DNA of 64,000 nt, taken from positions 64,001-128,000 of IMG/VR virus record IMGVR_UViG_3300022848_000777; one strand, 5' to 3'. This stretch comes from a virus. Below the pieces are notes generated by a model, which was given only the letters and a program-made list of their open reading frames with translations, did no database searches and was not told the origin of the DNA. Shown one piece after another: positions 32,220 to 42,328 of the stretch (positions are counted from its first letter, which is position 1; each line of letters opens with the position of its first letter). Position numbers and translations under genes: made by a program.

Positions 32220-32672
32220 ATGAGAAATATATTATTAGTTATTTTAATGGCATTTAATGTGACATTAGTTCAATCACAGAACACAAGTGTAATACATCTT
32301 CCACAAATTGGAACAGTGTATAGTGAAACCAATGGGGAACTTACTAAAATTCTCACATCAGATATATTGAAGTTAGAATACCAATGGTGGGTATTGAATG
32401 AATTTGATTTGACTTTATTTGTCGCCTACGATTCAAGTAAATATCAATTATTGAGGTTAAAATCAGATTACAACCTCAATAATTATGAGGGATATCCTGA
32501 TAGCATATCCATTGAACCAATCGATACCATATACCTTGCTAAAACATATCCATACATCTCATTAACATATAATACATTTTATGAAGTTTGGTTATTTACG
32601 AGAGAAACTAAAGTTGATTCAATTAAGAGATGGTGGTTTATTACCGAATCAAATAAAAATAAATTAAGATGA
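32220..32672 (+). CDS. secreted hypothetical protein
   Basis: Signal-peptide-like MRNILLVILMAFNVTLVQSQ from ATG 32220. Confidence 0.55.
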   Translation: MRNILLVILMAFNVTLVQSQNTSVIHLPQIGTVYSETNGELTKILTSDILKLEYQWWVLNEFDLTLFVAYDSSKYQLLRLKSDYNLNNYEGYPDSISIEPIDTIYLAKTYPYISLTYNTFYEVWLFTRETKVDSIKRWWFITESNKNKLR

Positions 32673-32911
32673 AAATAGAAACACTTAGATTACAAATAGA
32701 GAAAATAAAGATTACATCAATAGACCAAAAGCGAATTCAATCTGAAGTCTTAGGTCTATTGGATATGTATGAACTTGATAATAGAGAGGCCATTGGGCCA
32801 GAAAAAGTAAATCCATTTAATTTTATAGATACCACCGATGATGGGAATCGTGATTGTACTATGGATAATTACTTAGTTTTAGAATATAAATTAGAAGATT
32901 ATAAAAAATAA
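32669..32911 (+). CDS. hypothetical protein
   Basis: ORF in operon. Confidence 0.55.
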   Translation: MKIETLRLQIEKIKITSIDQKRIQSEVLGLLDMYELDNREAIGPEKVNPFNFIDTTDDGNRDCTMDNYLVLEYKLEDYKK

Positions 32912-32915
32912 TAAT

Positions 32916-33206
32916 ATGAGATCAGAAATAGAAGTTCACAATATATTCGGGAAGAGTATAACACATCAATTAGTTGATAATGCAGCTTGGTTGGTTGTAA
33001 GTGAGGGTAGGTCTACATGGGCTTACACTAATGATAAGAGAAAATGTCTAGGTATTATGAAAAATGGAATGCCTGATATTGCCACTTCGGTGAACGTAGA
33101 ATCCGTATCAAACCATGATATGATAACATTACTCAATCACTTTCATTGCTCTGTTAATAACACTAAAAAATTCAAAGAGAATGTTTTTCGATTACACAAT
33201 ATTTGA
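32916..33206 (+). CDS. hypothetical protein
   Basis: ORF in operon. Confidence 0.55.
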   Translation: MRSEIEVHNIFGKSITHQLVDNAAWLVVSEGRSTWAYTNDKRKCLGIMKNGMPDIATSVNVESVSNHDMITLLNHFHCSVNNTKKFKENVFRLHNI

Positions 33207-33333
33207 TAACCGATATGTAGCAAGGCCGCATGATTTCTTTGAGTATATAACTATCATAGGTGCATTGACATTTTACACCGATGTGACTGTTGAATCATGG
33301 GCGAATTTAATTGAATCTGTATCTTAATTTGAT

Positions 33334-33711
33334 ATGAATGCTACTTGTGGTATTTTAATAAACGGAGATCGAATATTGATAGTTAAATTATCGGAGCAAA
33401 CTGATTGGTTATTACCATGTGGTGAAATCACCAATGGTGTTGATGATTCTATAAAAAAGTTAATGTTAGATAAATTAAACATATCAGTCCGACCACTTCA
33501 TGCCATTAGACCACATGAGAAAAATAATCTAATAACTCACCCGATGGTATTGGAGTATATTGAGGGGGCTCCTGAGTTTAAGGGGTACACTCATTTGAAA
33601 TTTGTGAATAAATCAGAATCAAAGAAAGTGCGAATTGATATCCTACACAGGAGTATTGTTGCAACTTTCTTTGATTCATATAGTATCTTTCTAAGAAAGG
33701 ATAGAAACTAA
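33334..33711 (+). CDS. degenerate Nudix-fold protein
   Basis: GILINGDRILIVK...WLLPCGEI resembles MutT, but the REUXEE box is absent. Confidence 0.45.
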   Translation: MNATCGILINGDRILIVKLSEQTDWLLPCGEITNGVDDSIKKLMLDKLNISVRPLHAIRPHEKNNLITHPMVLEYIEGAPEFKGYTHLKFVNKSESKKVRIDILHRSIVATFFDSYSIFLRKDRN

Positions 33712-33745
33712 TAATTTTAATATTTATATAAAAGGACATATCATT

Positions 33746-34069
33746 ATGGCAGAAATAACATTAACAATATATCAAGCACAAATATTCAATATGGTTGAAG
33801 GGTACTTTTCTTCAAAGGGGTATCTTGGTGAAGATTTGTTTGAGGATACCTATGTATTACAAAAACGACTTGCCGATTATATAACAAATAACGTATCGCT
33901 AAATAGTGGTAATGATGATTCTGAGATTGTAGCTAATAGAGTATACAATGCGGTATTAAACATTCAGTTTGATAGGCCAAATGCAGGTGGTGGTGTGGAT
34001 GATCGTATAAATCCAAATCCAACGGGTAATGATAATCCAACCGAAGAATCATCAACGAATCGAAACTAA
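33746..34069 (+). CDS. hypothetical protein
   Basis: ORF after TATTTATA. Confidence 0.6.
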   Translation: MAEITLTIYQAQIFNMVEGYFSSKGYLGEDLFEDTYVLQKRLADYITNNVSLNSGNDDSEIVANRVYNAVLNIQFDRPNAGGGVDDRINPNPTGNDNPTEESSTNRN

Positions 34070-34087
34070 CTTAAAAAGAAACTTGCA

Positions 34088-34678
34088 ATGTCAACTCACC
34101 ATATTGCTACACCGCAGGTTAAATACACCTATGGGTGTATAATGTTATATGTAAAGTATTATAACCTACAGTTCACTCACACATGGATACCTGAAAAGCA
34201 CATATTTAATGATACTTCTAATATGTATGGGCTTGAATCATACCCACACATTACACTTCTAAGTAATGTTTTGGCTGGGGTTAGTAGAAGTACAGTAGAG
34301 AATGTCTTAAATAAGATTAACCTACCACCGAATCTCAAACTTGAAACAAAATTGAGCAGGTTCGATGCAAACTCAAAGGGGGCAGTTCCGCTGAAATTTG
34401 ATGTAATCGAATCAGATACCACTAATCAGTTGAATGATATTCATAAACTCTTAAAAGAGGAAATTCCAAATGAGTGTGAATATGATGAGTATCACCCACA
34501 TATGACAATTGGATATGTAAAGGATAGGCATAGTAATCATTATGGTAATAATTCAGATGGTAAAAATATCATATCCCATACACTCAAAGCAAAGAACAAA
34601 AAGTATCAAATATTAGATACCATATACCCAGTCTATTCGACACCCAATGGTGATGTTTGGATAATTAATAACAATTAA
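34088..34678 (+). CDS. 2H phosphoesterase (T4 57B/Acb1-like)
   Basis: Two HxT motifs: PHITL and YHPHMTIGY. Confidence 0.75.
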   Translation: MSTHHIATPQVKYTYGCIMLYVKYYNLQFTHTWIPEKHIFNDTSNMYGLESYPHITLLSNVLAGVSRSTVENVLNKINLPPNLKLETKLSRFDANSKGAVPLKFDVIESDTTNQLNDIHKLLKEEIPNECEYDEYHPHMTIGYVKDRHSNHYGNNSDGKNIISHTLKAKNKKYQILDTIYPVYSTPNGDVWIINNN

Positions 34679-34722
34679 TTAACATTAGACACTTGGAAAT
34701 TTCATTCTTTTTTCGTATATTG
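34668..34722 (+). promoter_or_regulatory. TTAACA-type promoter module
   Basis: ATAACA-N5-TTAACA, TTGG and CGTATATTG. Confidence 0.75.
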
Positions 34723-34772
34723 TTACTGTAATAAAAGATAGGATATAAAGAAACAACGAGAATAATAAAGTG

Positions 34773-35276
34773 ATGACAAACAAAGAAAGAGCATTAATGG
34801 TGGCAGAAGTAGCACACCGCAATCAAACCTATGATATATACCCATACACATATCATGTTAAACGAGTTGCAAATCGAGCTGAATCTTTAGGGTATGATGA
34901 GGCTATTGTGATTTCATGTATATTACATGACACATTAGAAGATACTGATCTTTCGTATAAAGATCTTAGAAAGGCATTTGGTGTGGAAGTGGCGGAGATT
35001 GTATATTGTGTTACTGATGAACTAGGCCGTAATCGTATTGAAAAGAAACAAAAGACATTTCCGAAAATAAAATCTAATTGGAAGGCCACAGTTGTTAAGA
35101 TATGTGATCGAATTGAAAATGTAACTCAATCACTGCAATATAATGAAGCAAAGCTTAAAATGTATAAAAGTGAGCATAAATATTTTGTTGAGGCAATATC
35201 CAATCCACATCACCCACAAGATGAGGTGGGTAAGGCTTGGGGAGTGTTAAATGATTTAATGAATACAAATAAATAA
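34773..35276 (+). CDS. RelA/SpoT-type HD hydrolase (Mesh1/SAH-like)
   Basis: AH..Q, PY..H, LHDTLEDT, FG..V and VKICDR..N motifs. Confidence 0.85.
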   Translation: MTNKERALMVAEVAHRNQTYDIYPYTYHVKRVANRAESLGYDEAIVISCILHDTLEDTDLSYKDLRKAFGVEVAEIVYCVTDELGRNRIEKKQKTFPKIKSNWKATVVKICDRIENVTQSLQYNEAKLKMYKSEHKYFVEAISNPHHPQDEVGKAWGVLNDLMNTNK

Positions 35277-35292
35277 TAAAAATAATAAAAAT

Positions 35293-35565
35293 ATGAAAAA
35301 GGTAGTATTGTTTGCAATGGTCGTAGCAATGACCGTATTGGGATCATCTTGTACGGAGAATACAAGAGCACGTTCATTTGGTGGAACTCAGGAAATTGAA
35401 CTAAAAGAAAATGAACGATTTGTGAATATAACTTGGAAAGATTCTGATTTGTGGGTGGTGACCGAAGACACTTTAACTGGTATTGGATATGCTAGAGAGA
35501 GATCAAGGTATGGTGTGTTAGAAGGCACGGTTATTATAAAAAGAAAAGGTACTACAGGCCTATAA
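35293..35565 (+). CDS. lipoprotein
   Basis: Signal peptide with lipobox GSSC. Confidence 0.7.
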   Translation: MKKVVLFAMVVAMTVLGSSCTENTRARSFGGTQEIELKENERFVNITWKDSDLWVVTEDTLTGIGYARERSRYGVLEGTVIIKRKGTTGL

Positions 35566-35771
35566 CTAAAATGATTGAAACTGATGTTTAACGAAAACCC
35601 GTGGCACGAGCACCCCACTACGATACCATACCTAATAGATAGACAGTATGAAGTGATGTTAAAGGGTGGGGAAATTGAAGAAGACACCTTTACAGGATTT
35701 AATTGGTACAATTATGATTGGACTGATATAATCGCATGGCGATACTTAACAAATTCTTAATAATGATAATA

Positions 35772-36005
35772 ATGAGAGGACTTATAATGGCATTTATCAT
35801 CACATTTTTTGAAATCATAATTGTAATTATGATCACCTTAATTATATTAATGATTATCTGTTTTGTGGAATGGAATACTGATTCAGTCGATTGGGTTATT
35901 AATTGGTTAACCGAACCGTGGGGTAGGGGTGCTAGAATTAGTATCTGTATTCTATTTGCATTTAATTGGTTTATCGGATTTGTCAGTGCAGCATTTGTGG
36001 ATTAA
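35772..36005 (+). CDS. small membrane protein
   Basis: Two hydrophobic segments. Confidence 0.5.
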   Translation: MRGLIMAFIITFFEIIIVIMITLIILMIICFVEWNTDSVDWVINWLTEPWGRGARISICILFAFNWFIGFVSAAFVD

Positions 36006-36030
36006 AATAATATTAACATAAATAAAAAAT

Positions 36031-36570
36031 ATGAATAAGTATAAGAAGTTTGTTAAGGAGTTATTTAATAGCTCAACTGAGTTGAGAAATAGTATTAATG
36101 ATAAATTTCCAGGGGAATTTTCATCTAATGGTTTGATATCAAATAAGTGGCATGAAATACTACACTCTGGTGGTGCATTGTTTTATTATAATGGTGATTC
36201 AACCAATTACGGTTTCAGATCTAATGGTGCTTGGACATCATACGTTGTTGATCTTGGTGATCGGGTAGAGGCTAATGTAGTTTCAACTGATATAGTATTA
36301 CCCAAACTAATAAAATTGGCAACTCGATTGGGGTATGTAGAGGGGGCTAACGTAGATCTATTTGAACTTACTGGTGATACACTGTTAAGAAATTGTCGCA
36401 TCACATCAAATGAAGTAAACTATGATGAAGATAAGGATATACTTGTGATTGGTGGTTCGACGGTTTACCGACAAGGTAGATGGATGCCAAAAATAATGAC
36501 AGATATTAGAATGTCAGAAATATCAGAGAAGTTTAAGGTTCCCGTTTTATCTATAAACATCATACCTTAG
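36031..36570 (+). CDS. hypothetical protein
   Basis: 179-aa ORF. Confidence 0.65.
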   Translation: MNKYKKFVKELFNSSTELRNSINDKFPGEFSSNGLISNKWHEILHSGGALFYYNGDSTNYGFRSNGAWTSYVVDLGDRVEANVVSTDIVLPKLIKLATRLGYVEGANVDLFELTGDTLLRNCRITSNEVNYDEDKDILVIGGSTVYRQGRWMPKIMTDIRMSEISEKFKVPVLSINIIP

Positions 36571-36575
36571 TAACA

Positions 36576-36962
36576 ATGAGAATATTAGCAAATTTAATTA
36601 TGTGCCCCGATGGAACCATACTCCAGTCACACCATCGGCATGATTTTAAATCACATATAGATGAAAATGGTCGATATAGTATGGTCGATGGTGGAATTGA
36701 TTATCTTAAACGTGGTGGTGAGTTTATTGAGATGTCGATACATGAAGGTGACCCTTTCATATTAATACGTAGGTATATTTGTAGAATAAATAAAGACAAA
36801 GACGGTCTAGGTATACCAGTACATACCCCACTTTTCCAAATGGATATTGAGTGGTTAAAAACCCTAGTCGATTGGTTAGAGAGAAATCAACCCGACAATC
36901 CTTATAGAGAATATTACATAAAGGAGATTGAATGGCGGGAAAATGAACCTACATCTAAATAA
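36576..36962 (+). CDS. conserved-looking phage protein (C...S.HRHDF...VDGG..Y)
   Basis: Motif pattern recalled from phage proteins of unknown function. Confidence 0.6.
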   Translation: MRILANLIMCPDGTILQSHHRHDFKSHIDENGRYSMVDGGIDYLKRGGEFIEMSIHEGDPFILIRRYICRINKDKDGLGIPVHTPLFQMDIEWLKTLVDWLERNQPDNPYREYYIKEIEWRENEPTSK

Positions 36963-36984
36963 AAATAACGAGCAATTTTAAATA

Positions 36985-37305
36985 ATGAAACGATTCAATA
37001 ACCTATTTGCCAACACATCTATTGTTAGGGAATACAAAGCTGAACCAAAGAGTTCATTATACACATCTATGTTAGAAAACTTTGTATACGGATTACTAGG
37101 TTCTATATTGGTGGTGTTTATATCACAGAAGCAAGATATGATGGTTCTGATTGGATATATGATGTATTATTTCTACGTTGGTAAGGTCATCAATCGACCG
37201 AAGTACGTAACATCACTTGGTAAGTTCATAGTATTTCCAATACCAACTACATTAGGAGCCTTCATAGGGTATAAATTAGCTTATTTACTAACAGATTTTA
37301 TATAA
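36985..37305 (+). CDS. membrane protein
   Basis: Three hydrophobic segments. Confidence 0.6.
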   Translation: MKRFNNLFANTSIVREYKAEPKSSLYTSMLENFVYGLLGSILVVFISQKQDMMVLIGYMMYYFYVGKVINRPKYVTSLGKFIVFPIPTTLGAFIGYKLAYLLTDFI

Positions 37306-37489
37306 TGAAAAAGATAATAATTTACGAATATCAGTTAAAACTAATTGAACATGCATTAAGAATGACATCTAATATTCATAAGAGTTCGGATGGGATTACA
37401 TCATTTGATAGGGTAGTACGAAACGCATGGGGATTTTCCCAAAATGCATTGGCAGAATCGGATACGGAATAAGTAAGATTCATCTAAAT

Positions 37490-37544
37490 TTAACAATTCC
37501 TTAACATTAAAAGATTGATATATCAGTCTTTTTTCTTATATTGT
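37490..37544 (+). promoter_or_regulatory. TTAACA-N5-TTAACA promoter module with palindromic spacer
   Basis: Tandem hexamer; TATATTG ends 4 nt before ATG 37548, so the mRNA may be leaderless. Confidence 0.75.
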
Positions 37545-37547
37545 AGT

Positions 37548-37880
37548 ATGGATTTAATAACAAAAACTCAGTATGATTACTTATATAAACTAGCAACAAA
37601 AGGCAAACGTAGGCGGAATCGGTATTATTTGAATGTGCTTTCAAAAGTTAATCCTCAATCCATTATGTTTGAAATAACGGATGTAGATGCTCATATAACG
37701 GATGCAGATGCTCATATACGTGATACTGGAATCAATGTAGTATTCGAATCGGATGTGTGTATTAATTCAAGGTGGCTTTTCAGATTAACTGACGTTGGAA
37801 AACGAACTTTGCCATTAGAATGTCGAAATGCACTTCGTGAAGTATTTGATAGTGAAGAACATAACAGATGTGGATTTTAA
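37548..37880 (+). CDS. LT..Q(W/Y)D family paralog 1
   Basis: LITKTQYDYL...LREVF. Confidence 0.6.
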   Translation: MDLITKTQYDYLYKLATKGKRRRNRYYLNVLSKVNPQSIMFEITDVDAHITDADAHIRDTGINVVFESDVCINSRWLFRLTDVGKRTLPLECRNALREVFDSEEHNRCGF

Positions 37881-37904
37881 ATTTACTTTAAATAAGGAAA
37901 TATA

Positions 37905-38306
37905 ATGACATTACTTTGGCTTGATGATATGAGAAACCCATTCATTGATAACTGGTTGCGAGATTACGCACCACGATTTATTGATGAAGAAGTGATTTGG
38001 GTTAGGAGTTACTTAGAATTCACCGATTGGATCAATACTAATGGATTGCCTGATATGATATGTTTTGATCACGATTTAGGTGAGGACGTTGCTAGAGATA
38101 AAGTATCCAATGGACTGAGTAAACGACAAGCTAGGATTCAAAAACGTGAAACAATTAGTGGATTTGAGTGTGCCAAATGGTTAGTTGATTATTGTATTGA
38201 TAATAATGATGAATTACCACAATGGTCTGTGCAAAGTGCAAACCCCGTAGGAAGGGATAATATAAATGGGTTGCTTAACAATTACCGTAACCATTGTAGT
38301 GAATGA
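37905..38306 (+). CDS. cyclic-phosphate-processing receiver-like domain protein
   Basis: LWLDD.R.P, FDHDLG, G.ECAKWL and SANPVG motifs. Confidence 0.7.
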   Translation: MTLLWLDDMRNPFIDNWLRDYAPRFIDEEVIWVRSYLEFTDWINTNGLPDMICFDHDLGEDVARDKVSNGLSKRQARIQKRETISGFECAKWLVDYCIDNNDELPQWSVQSANPVGRDNINGLLNNYRNHCSE

Positions 38307-38312
38307 TACGAT

Positions 38313-38624
38313 ATGATAAACCATAGCAAAAATATACTCTTAGATAATACACAGTGGGAATTTCTATATGGTCTAGTAGAACATAGCGGGCCCACTTATG
38401 TAAAAGATCTCACAGGTAATTCTTCAATTAAATTTAATTATCACGGTTTTGGTGTAGATAGTATCATAAAACCTTATATATGGATGTATGTGTACAAGCA
38501 CGGTCAGTCATATCAGTATAAAATTAAACAAAACCATGCCCAACGCCATATAAATGGATCTCAAATCCCACTTTTACTTAAATACACATTAAGAAGTCTA
38601 TGGAACAAAAAACATTTAAATTAA
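38313..38624 (+). CDS. LT..QW family paralog 2
   Basis: LDNTQWEFL...LRSLWN. Confidence 0.65.
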   Translation: MINHSKNILLDNTQWEFLYGLVEHSGPTYVKDLTGNSSIKFNYHGFGVDSIIKPYIWMYVYKHGQSYQYKIKQNHAQRHINGSQIPLLLKYTLRSLWNKKHLN

Positions 38625-38664
38625 CTGAGGAACAATTTCTAAATAAGGTATAATAATTACAGAT

Positions 38665-38931
38665 ATGCTCACACAAATCCAATGGGATTATATGGAAAGT
38701 TTAAGTAAATCAGATGGTCGAAGTCATGCTTATATATTATCAAATAATAAACGTGTCTATTTAATACAATCCACTAATGAACCCCATCGATTAACGTTTT
38801 ATATTGATCAAGGAGCCGTAACTGGACCATCATACTCAGTTGTAAGTAGATCGGTGAATCACCACGCCCTCACACGGGAAGTTAGAGAAATAATGCATGA
38901 AATTTGGGAACTTAACAATAAAGATGAATAA
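38665..38931 (+). CDS. LT..QW family paralog 3
   Basis: LTQIQWDYM...MHEIWE. Confidence 0.65.
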   Translation: MLTQIQWDYMESLSKSDGRSHAYILSNNKRVYLIQSTNEPHRLTFYIDQGAVTGPSYSVVSRSVNHHALTREVREIMHEIWELNNKDE

Positions 38932-39217
38932 TTCAACATTATTAACAAAAAAACAATATGATTGGATGTCTCAGATGTCTAAAGTGTATAATGTAGAACC
39001 ACCACTTATCCAATTCAGCTCTTTCAAATTGGGTATATTTACTGGATTATCGGGTCGTATTTACGTTAGAATCGAAAAAGCTGATCATCAGATGTTGTTA
39101 TATTCATTCGAAGAAGATCAAATTGGAGACCGTAGAATGCCACCAATCGTGAAATCGTGTTTAAATGAATATTGGACTCGTTGGAAATTTAAATTAAAAT
39201 TAAAACAAATATTATGA
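38924..39217 (+). CDS. LT..QW family paralog 4
   Basis: LTKKQYDWM...LNEYWT. Confidence 0.6.
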   Translation: MNNSTLLTKKQYDWMSQMSKVYNVEPPLIQFSSFKLGIFTGLSGRIYVRIEKADHQMLLYSFEEDQIGDRRMPPIVKSCLNEYWTRWKFKLKLKQIL

Positions 39218-39555
39218 AAATTGTAACAACAGATTACCCCTGTGGAATCAACACAGATGGTCAGAATTTTTATGTAGAGACTGAAATGGTTCGGGATTTA
39301 GATGGTGGCTTTAATGCATGGAAGATGAGGAAAGAACGATTTATAGATGCAAATGAAACTGTAGACGGAATTATATTGTATGATATTACACCTATTACGA
39401 TAGATCATTACAATTACAATACGGGTCTTCAAATTAGATATGCGTACAGTGTAGTTGATGTTAAAGATAAAGTGGTAACGGAAACAATTACAGAAACAAC
39501 GACCGTGACTGAAATCACATATGAATCTAAACCTTCAATAGTGAGCCTCAGATAA
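39214..39555 (+). CDS. hypothetical protein
   Basis: 113-aa ORF. Confidence 0.6.
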   Translation: MKIVTTDYPCGINTDGQNFYVETEMVRDLDGGFNAWKMRKERFIDANETVDGIILYDITPITIDHYNYNTGLQIRYAYSVVDVKDKVVTETITETTTVTEITYESKPSIVSLR

Positions 39556-39710
39556 AAACTAAGGTAAATAATCCAATCAAACCTGTGTGGGATGAAGATG
39601 AAGTATATACATTATGCTTAAAGTCATATCTACGGGGTCTTTCAGATGCATCATCACATTTCTTTAAAGAAACATTTAGTAAACTTATAGAAGTTCTTAT
39701 GTCGAAGAAG

Positions 39711-39765
39711 TTAACAAAATCTTAACATAGGAGATTTGGATACCTCATTTAAGTTCCGTACATTG
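39711..39765 (+). promoter_or_regulatory. TTAACA-N5-TTAACA promoter module
   Basis: Tandem hexamer, TTTGG and CGTACATTG. Confidence 0.8.
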
Positions 39766-39802
39766 CCTCTGTAATGATTAATAATCATCTAATAATAAAG
39801 AT

Positions 39803-40108
39803 ATGGTATTAAATGATATGGTGAATACGATTTTAACAAAACGACAATGGGATTTTATAAAATGGGCCGCTGATAACGATCACAATCAATTCTATAGTGG
39901 TGATTTCAGAGTAGAACTGAAAAACACACCCATCTTTCTACCAACCGAAGTCATAGAAATTAGATTAATATCTGGTTCTGGAGAAAAAGAACGTAGTTAT
40001 ACCTTTTACGCTCGTGATACAGAGTATATCGATTCTCTCATTAGATCTGACATGATATTCGCACTAAAAAGAATGTGGAATTATCATCGAAGAAATGGAA
40101 ACATATAA
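39803..40108 (+). CDS. LT..QW family paralog 5
   Basis: LTKRQWDFI...LKRMWN. Confidence 0.7.
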   Translation: MVLNDMVNTILTKRQWDFIKWAADNDHNQFYSGDFRVELKNTPIFLPTEVIEIRLISGSGEKERSYTFYARDTEYIDSLIRSDMIFALKRMWNYHRRNGNI

Positions 40109-40119
40109 TTAATTATATA

Positions 40120-40416
40120 ATGACGGTAATGCCTGATTTAACAAAACGACAGTGGGATTTTATAAATAGCAACCACCCAATGTGCTTGCCACCTTACTTT
40201 GGCCGTGATTTCGATTTGATCTCCAAGATTAAATATTTATCACCCTTAAACATAAGGGTTATAGAACTTGAATTAAGAATTGGCACGGGGGAATATGAAT
40301 CTAGTAGAACACTCATTACTGCCGATCCAGTAGATGGAACCACTCATATTCCAGATAATTTCAAAACAGCACTAAGAGAAATGTGGGATTTTCACAACCT
40401 ATATGGTAACATATAA
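40120..40416 (+). CDS. LT..QW family paralog 6
   Basis: LTKRQWDFI...GTTHIPD...LREMWD. Confidence 0.7.
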   Translation: MTVMPDLTKRQWDFINSNHPMCLPPYFGRDFDLISKIKYLSPLNIRVIELELRIGTGEYESSRTLITADPVDGTTHIPDNFKTALREMWDFHNLYGNI

Positions 40417-40732
40417 TAATTTTATGAGCATGGTAATGAGTACTCCTTTAACAAAACGACAGTGGGATTTTATAAAGAACTATCATAAAGCGACACATAA
40501 TAGTGGTGTTTACTATGGTGTTGAGTTCACTCTAATCTTTAGGATTTCACATACACCAACCAATTATAGCTATATGGTGGAAGTTGAATTAATAACTGAT
40601 GGTAATGGTAGTAAATTCAGTAAAAGACTGAGTTTTTGCGATCCCACTCAAGGAACCACTCATATTCCAGATGATATGAAATCCGCCCTAAGAAAAATGT
40701 GGGATTATCTTAACCCAATTTTCGATAAATAA
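40403..40732 (+). CDS. LT..QW family paralog 7
   Basis: LTKRQWDFI...GTTHIPD...LRKMWD. Confidence 0.7.
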   Translation: MVTYNNFMSMVMSTPLTKRQWDFIKNYHKATHNSGVYYGVEFTLIFRISHTPTNYSYMVEVELITDGNGSKFSKRLSFCDPTQGTTHIPDDMKSALRKMWDYLNPIFDK

Positions 40733-40742
40733 TAGTTTTCTT

Positions 40743-41036
40743 ATGAATGATAGAGCAACAGCTGAATATTTAACCTCAACACAGTGGGATTTCTTAGAGA
40801 TGTTGATGAAGAGTGGTTGGAATTTCCTTCCTCTAAATGGTAATGAATATATTAAAATAGAATGGGTCGATTTCCCCCCAACTGAAATGATGTTAGATAT
40901 TATTTTATTAATTGATGGTGTAGTTAAATATCAATGGAGAATAGGCCGATATTTGGCCAATTCTAATCAATATCTGGAGCATAATTTGAGAATGACACTT
41001 AGAGACTTATGGGATGAAGTTAATGGTAATAAATAA
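40743..41036 (+). CDS. LT..QW family paralog 8
   Basis: LTSTQWDFL...LRDLWD. Confidence 0.7.
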   Translation: MNDRATAEYLTSTQWDFLEMLMKSGWNFLPLNGNEYIKIEWVDFPPTEMMLDIILLIDGVVKYQWRIGRYLANSNQYLEHNLRMTLRDLWDEVNGNK

Positions 41037-41053
41037 ATGAAAACAAAGTTAAA

Positions 41054-41296
41054 ATGGAAATAATAGCAGAATTAATGGGAATTGGTATTGGGGCAATTTT
41101 AGTTGGGGTGGTATTTCTAATATTCATCCCATATCGAGTGGGTGAATTTTTAGTATATAATTATATTGGTAAACCGCATGGTGCAAGCGATAATATGAAG
41201 TGGATATATAAATACTTAATAGGATTGGTCGCGGTTGTGATTTTAACATCAGTTTGTTTGGGTGTTGGGTATGGATTAATAGAATTAATAAAATGA
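41054..41296 (+). CDS. small membrane protein
   Basis: Two hydrophobic segments. Confidence 0.6.
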   Translation: MEIIAELMGIGIGAILVGVVFLIFIPYRVGEFLVYNYIGKPHGASDNMKWIYKYLIGLVAVVILTSVCLGVGYGLIELIK

Positions 41297-41586
41297 GCGG
41301 ATTAAAAGAAAAAATAGAAAGGCACCTTGAGTGGGCAAATAAAAGGCTTAAACTTCAAGGAAAAGAGTTAGATGAAACTCAGATTGAGATATTGCAGTTT
41401 GCTATAGTAAGTGGGTTCACATGCTTAACAGATAAGCAATTCAGTGAGGATATTGAAGAAGCAATTCGAGATGGTGAGATGGTTTCTTACGGGCCCGAAG
41501 GGGCCTACGACTATTTTAGTCAAGAAATTGCATTGGATAATGTTATGGGAGCGATCAATGATCGGTTAAGTGGTACAAATGAATAA
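41293..41586 (+). CDS. hypothetical protein
   Basis: Start moved to ATG 41293. Confidence 0.6.
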   Translation: MSGLKEKIERHLEWANKRLKLQGKELDETQIEILQFAIVSGFTCLTDKQFSEDIEEAIRDGEMVSYGPEGAYDYFSQEIALDNVMGAINDRLSGTNE

Positions 41587-41604
41587 ATTTAAAAAGAGTC
41601 AGAA

Positions 41605-41814
41605 ATGAAAAAGTATTATTTCATAAATTATGCAATTGATATACCAGGTCAACGTATTTACTATGGTAGGGATTTGGTAGATCAAACCCCATTCCAATAT
41701 GCGATGCATTATACAGAGCTCAATGGTCTTTCTAAAAAAAGAATCATCCTATCCTCTTATGAGATAGAACCTAGTGAATATAGAATGTATAAAGAATTAA
41801 TAAACGATGAGTAA
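41605..41814 (+). CDS. hypothetical protein
   Basis: 69-aa ORF. Confidence 0.55.
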   Translation: MKKYYFINYAIDIPGQRIYYGRDLVDQTPFQYAMHYTELNGLSKKRIILSSYEIEPSEYRMYKELINDE

Positions 41815-41995
41815 AATGGAGAAAGTAATAGAACTTAAAGAGACCCATCTAAGACGAATTAGAACAGTTAACAAAATGATAGATAACCCATTGACTCCAA
41901 AAGAACGTAGAGATAGATTGGAAGCAAAACTACACACTTACAAATGCTTTATAGTAGAACTAGAGGATATATGTGGGGATCAATAAGAAGATTCC

Positions 41996-42080
41996 TTAAC
42001 ATAACCTTAACATTGAAAATTAGGCTTAGTGTACTCAATTTCGTATTTTTGTCTTGTTGGGTTGATAACGAAGTCAGCTC
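41996..42080 (+). promoter_or_regulatory. TTAACA-N5-TTAACA promoter module with 5' hairpin
   Basis: Perfect TATTTTTG -7 box; GGGTTGA/TCAGCTC stem. Confidence 0.8.
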
Positions 42081-42095
42081 GTTAATTTAAGAATT

Positions 42096-42302
42096 ATGAT
42101 AGTAGATCAAAAGCAAAGTGCCATTAAAGAAATTAGAAGTAAATCAATTCAGACGGAGGCGGTTGTAGAATCTATACATCCTGAACGTTATACTCATGAA
42201 GATGAGGAACTAAACGAAATATACGATGATGTCATCATATACGATGACTTTCCTGAACTCTACGAAGATGATGGGTATCTAGGATTGGATACCGATTACT
42301 AA
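42096..42302 (+). CDS. acidic hypothetical protein
   Basis: 68-aa ORF after the promoter. Confidence 0.55.
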   Translation: MIVDQKQSAIKEIRSKSIQTEAVVESIHPERYTHEDEELNEIYDDVIIYDDFPELYEDDGYLGLDTDY

Positions 42303-42328
42303 TATTAGTAACCCAATAAAAAGAAATT

